This document shows, in pieces, positions 15,903 to 17,513 of a DNA stretch of 17,513 nucleotides (its first letter is position 1; each line of letters opens with the position of its first letter). The stretch spans positions 1-17,513 of the forward strand of contig CAWJBB010000056.1 in the NCBI GenBank assembly GCA_963840855.1. Direction: 5' to 3'. The notes under the pieces were generated by a model that did not search any database, was not told where the DNA came from, and saw only the letters and a program-made list of their open reading frames with translations. Both the position numbers and the translations under genes were made by a program. The stretch is from an uncultured delta proteobacterium. Lineage in GTDB: Bacteria; Desulfobacterota; Binatia; UBA9968.

Positions 15903-16124
15903 TCAGAGGGGCCAATCTTTCGGCAGATCTTTTCTGAGTTTCTGATAATCTGCGTCTTCGGCATAGGCCTTCCGGATGCGCTGGAGCTCTTTGAGCAGCT
16001 TTTTCTGATCCATCTTCAAAGAATTGGAGACCATACCCGTGGTCTCTTCGAAGCCGACGCCTCAATTGCTCCGTCAGCCGCGCATGCGTCTGAGGACGTA
16101 CAGGTCTTTTTCTTTATCCGCCAC
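15903..16124 (-). CDS. Putative small double-selenocysteine protein (73 aa, U-x-x-x-U motif), not in the ORF track
   Basis: GGAG, 6 nt, GTG (16124). Translates to MADKEKDLYVLRRMRG-U-RSN-U-GVGFEETTGMVSNSLKMDQKKLLKELQRIRKAYAEDADYQKLRKDLPKDWPL*, with TGA at 16076-16074 and 16064-16062. A SECIS-like hairpin lies downstream, and the ORF fills the end of a minus-strand operon. Confidence 0.75.
16014..16053 (-). promoter_or_regulatory. Putative bacterial SECIS hairpin of the UxxxU protein
   Basis: mRNA reads CUUCGAA-GAGACCA-[CGGGUA]-UGGUCUC-(CAAUUC bulge)-UUUGAAG: a 7-bp lower stem, a perfect 7-bp upper stem and a G-rich loop starting 22 nt after the second UGA (34 nt after the first). Confidence 0.7.
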
Positions 16125-16160
16125 GGTTTTCTCCACTGAGTTCGGGATCGCTCACGCCCG

Positions 16161-16580
16161 CTAGAATTTTACGCCGGTGAAGCCGACCGCTTGCGTCGTT
16201 ATCAACTCGGTTGTTGCGTTCGGTTCGCCCTTTTCATTGACGACTATTCGTAGCCGGACAAATATACGCCACGGCTCGCCTCGCCAGTTTGCCTGGAAAA
16301 TCACGAATGCGTTTTCGGTAACCAACCCCGACGGTTCATCGCAGCGCACCAAAGTCGAAAACTGCCTCGTTGCACCGGGCGCCAGATCGACCGGCGGATC
16401 GAATCCAAGTTCCTTCGACCTAAATTGCCCATGCGGCAAGCGAACCGCTATGATGCGAATCAGCTCCGCGCCGAGGTTTTGAACGCTCCATCCAACGCTC
16501 CAACGCGCCAGCGTGTCCTTTCGTTCGACCGAACTCTGGACAAGCGAAATTTGCGGCTCTGCATCTTTCACTGAAGCCAC
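16161..16580 (-). CDS. Hypothetical protein (139 aa, beta-rich)
   Basis: GTG start 8 nt after the upstream stop codon. Alternating beta-strand patterns (WSVGWSVQN, FVIFQANW, WRIFVRLRIVV). Family not recognised. Confidence 0.7.
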   Translation of the reverse strand: MASVKDAEPQISLVQSSVERKDTLARWSVGWSVQNLGAELIRIIAVRLPHGQFRSKELGFDPPVDLAPGATRQFSTLVRCDEPSGLVTENAFVIFQANWRGEPWRIFVRLRIVVNEKGEPNATTELITTQAVGFTGVKF

Positions 16581-16588
16581 CGCGCCGT

Positions 16589-17512
16589 TTACGGTTTGAG
16601 CCGTCCTTCGACCCGCAGCTCCTGCTGGGCAAGCTTGAGAACACGATCGTTGACCACTCTTTCGAGAGTGAACTTGCTATCGACAAGACCGGCACGGATG
16701 TCCTCGTCGAGCATTTGTTGAAGTCCAGAGGTGACTATCGATAAATCAGCGGTAAGGCCCGGCGCGAAAAGGTCCCAGGCGGCGCCGATGATTTCGGGAT
16801 CCCCTGTCAGGCCGGAATCGAAGCCGGCCTTGAGCGCCTCTTTCTTGTTGTACTTGGCGAGCTGGATTCCTTGAATATAAGCTTTTAGCATCCGTTTACT
16901 CGTCTCGGGATATTTTTCCAGGACTTCGTTGCGACTGACGATGATGTTTTGCGGTATGCCCAAAGACTCGCTCAAGTTGCTGATCAAAGAATAACCGCTC
17001 CTCAGTAGCCGCACCCCGTCTTCAGGCGAAAATGGCGCAGCCGCAATGATTCCCTTTTCGATGGCCGCCGCGCGCAACACGGTTCCGCCGATGGCCCGCA
17101 AGGTAACATCCTTGTCCGGGTTGATGTTATATTTTCTGAGAAACGCCTTCATGGCAAATTCCGAATATGTGCCGGCTCCGGTTATGCCGATCATTTTGCC
17201 CTTGAGATCCTCTACCGTCCGAGTCTGCTTGTTGCCAAGCAAGATGTAATTGGTCGTGCCGGAGGTGCATCCAATGATGGAAAGATCCAATCCGCGGGCG
17301 CGGCTGCGAAAAACCGCCTGCGCGCCGCCAATGGCGGCAAAGTCAACTTCACCGGAGACCAGCGCGGCTATGGCCGCCGGACCGCCGCGAATCAGGATCG
17401 GTTCGATACTCAACCCTTGTTGCTTGAAAAAACCTCGCGCCAGCGCCGCCCGAAAGGGAATCTCACTGTTCCAAGCGAGGCTTACGAACACCATTCGAAT
17501 GTTTTTCTTTTC
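16589..17512 (-). CDS. ABC transporter substrate-binding protein (NMT1/THI5, SsuA/TauA-like), 5'-truncated by the window edge
   Basis: Frame is open to the window end (EKKNIRMVFVSLAW...). Motifs GFFKQQGLSIE, AALVSGEVDFA, TVEDLKGKMIGIT, INPDKDVTL. Confidence 0.9.
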   Translation of the reverse strand, partial: EKKNIRMVFVSLAWNSEIPFRAALARGFFKQQGLSIEPILIRGGPAAIAALVSGEVDFAAIGGAQAVFRSRARGLDLSIIGCTSGTTNYILLGNKQTRTVEDLKGKMIGITGAGTYSEFAMKAFLRKYNINPDKDVTLRAIGGTVLRAAAIEKGIIAAAPFSPEDGVRLLRSGYSLISNLSESLGIPQNIIVSRNEVLEKYPETSKRMLKAYIQGIQLAKYNKKEALKAGFDSGLTGDPEIIGAAWDLFAPGLTADLSIVTSGLQQMLDEDIRAGLVDSKFTLERVVNDRVLKLAQQELRVEGRLKP

Positions 17513-17513
17513 C

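Noticed and set aside
15883-16065. 60-aa minus-strand track ORF MRRRLRRDHG...
   Set aside because: It is an alternative frame of the UxxxU gene, with no RBS and a less protein-like sequence.

Overview
GC-rich bacterial chromosomal window. The gene mix (NMT1/THI5-like solute-binding proteins, amidohydrolase, ccsA-hemA-hemC-hemD-hemB) resembles Candidatus Binatia/deltaproteobacterial-type genomes; this is inference only. The + strand carries a GST, a penicillin-acylase-family Ntn hydrolase, an ECF sigma/anti-sigma pair, a signal-peptide peroxiredoxin with an in-frame UGA at the catalytic position, a frameshifted cytochrome c', a frameshifted solute-binding protein and a small hypothetical gene. 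The - strand carries the heme operon and an SDR. An amidohydrolase and a heme-oxygenase-like (PqqC/CADD-type) enzyme follow on +, converging on a - strand operon. The main hidden signal is selenocysteine recoding. (1) An ORF absent from the ORF track (16124->15903, 73 aa) has two in-frame UGAs in a U-x-x-x-U motif, a good RBS and a SECIS-like bulged hairpin. (2) The peroxiredoxin (4925-5470) also has a SECIS-like hairpin. In both genes the apical loop starts 22 nt after the (last) UGA. Intergenic DNA holds several REP/MITE-like palindromic elements, including inverted tandem arrays with 7-, 8- and 9-bp periods. All calls are from reading the sequence; no searches or folding programs were run.
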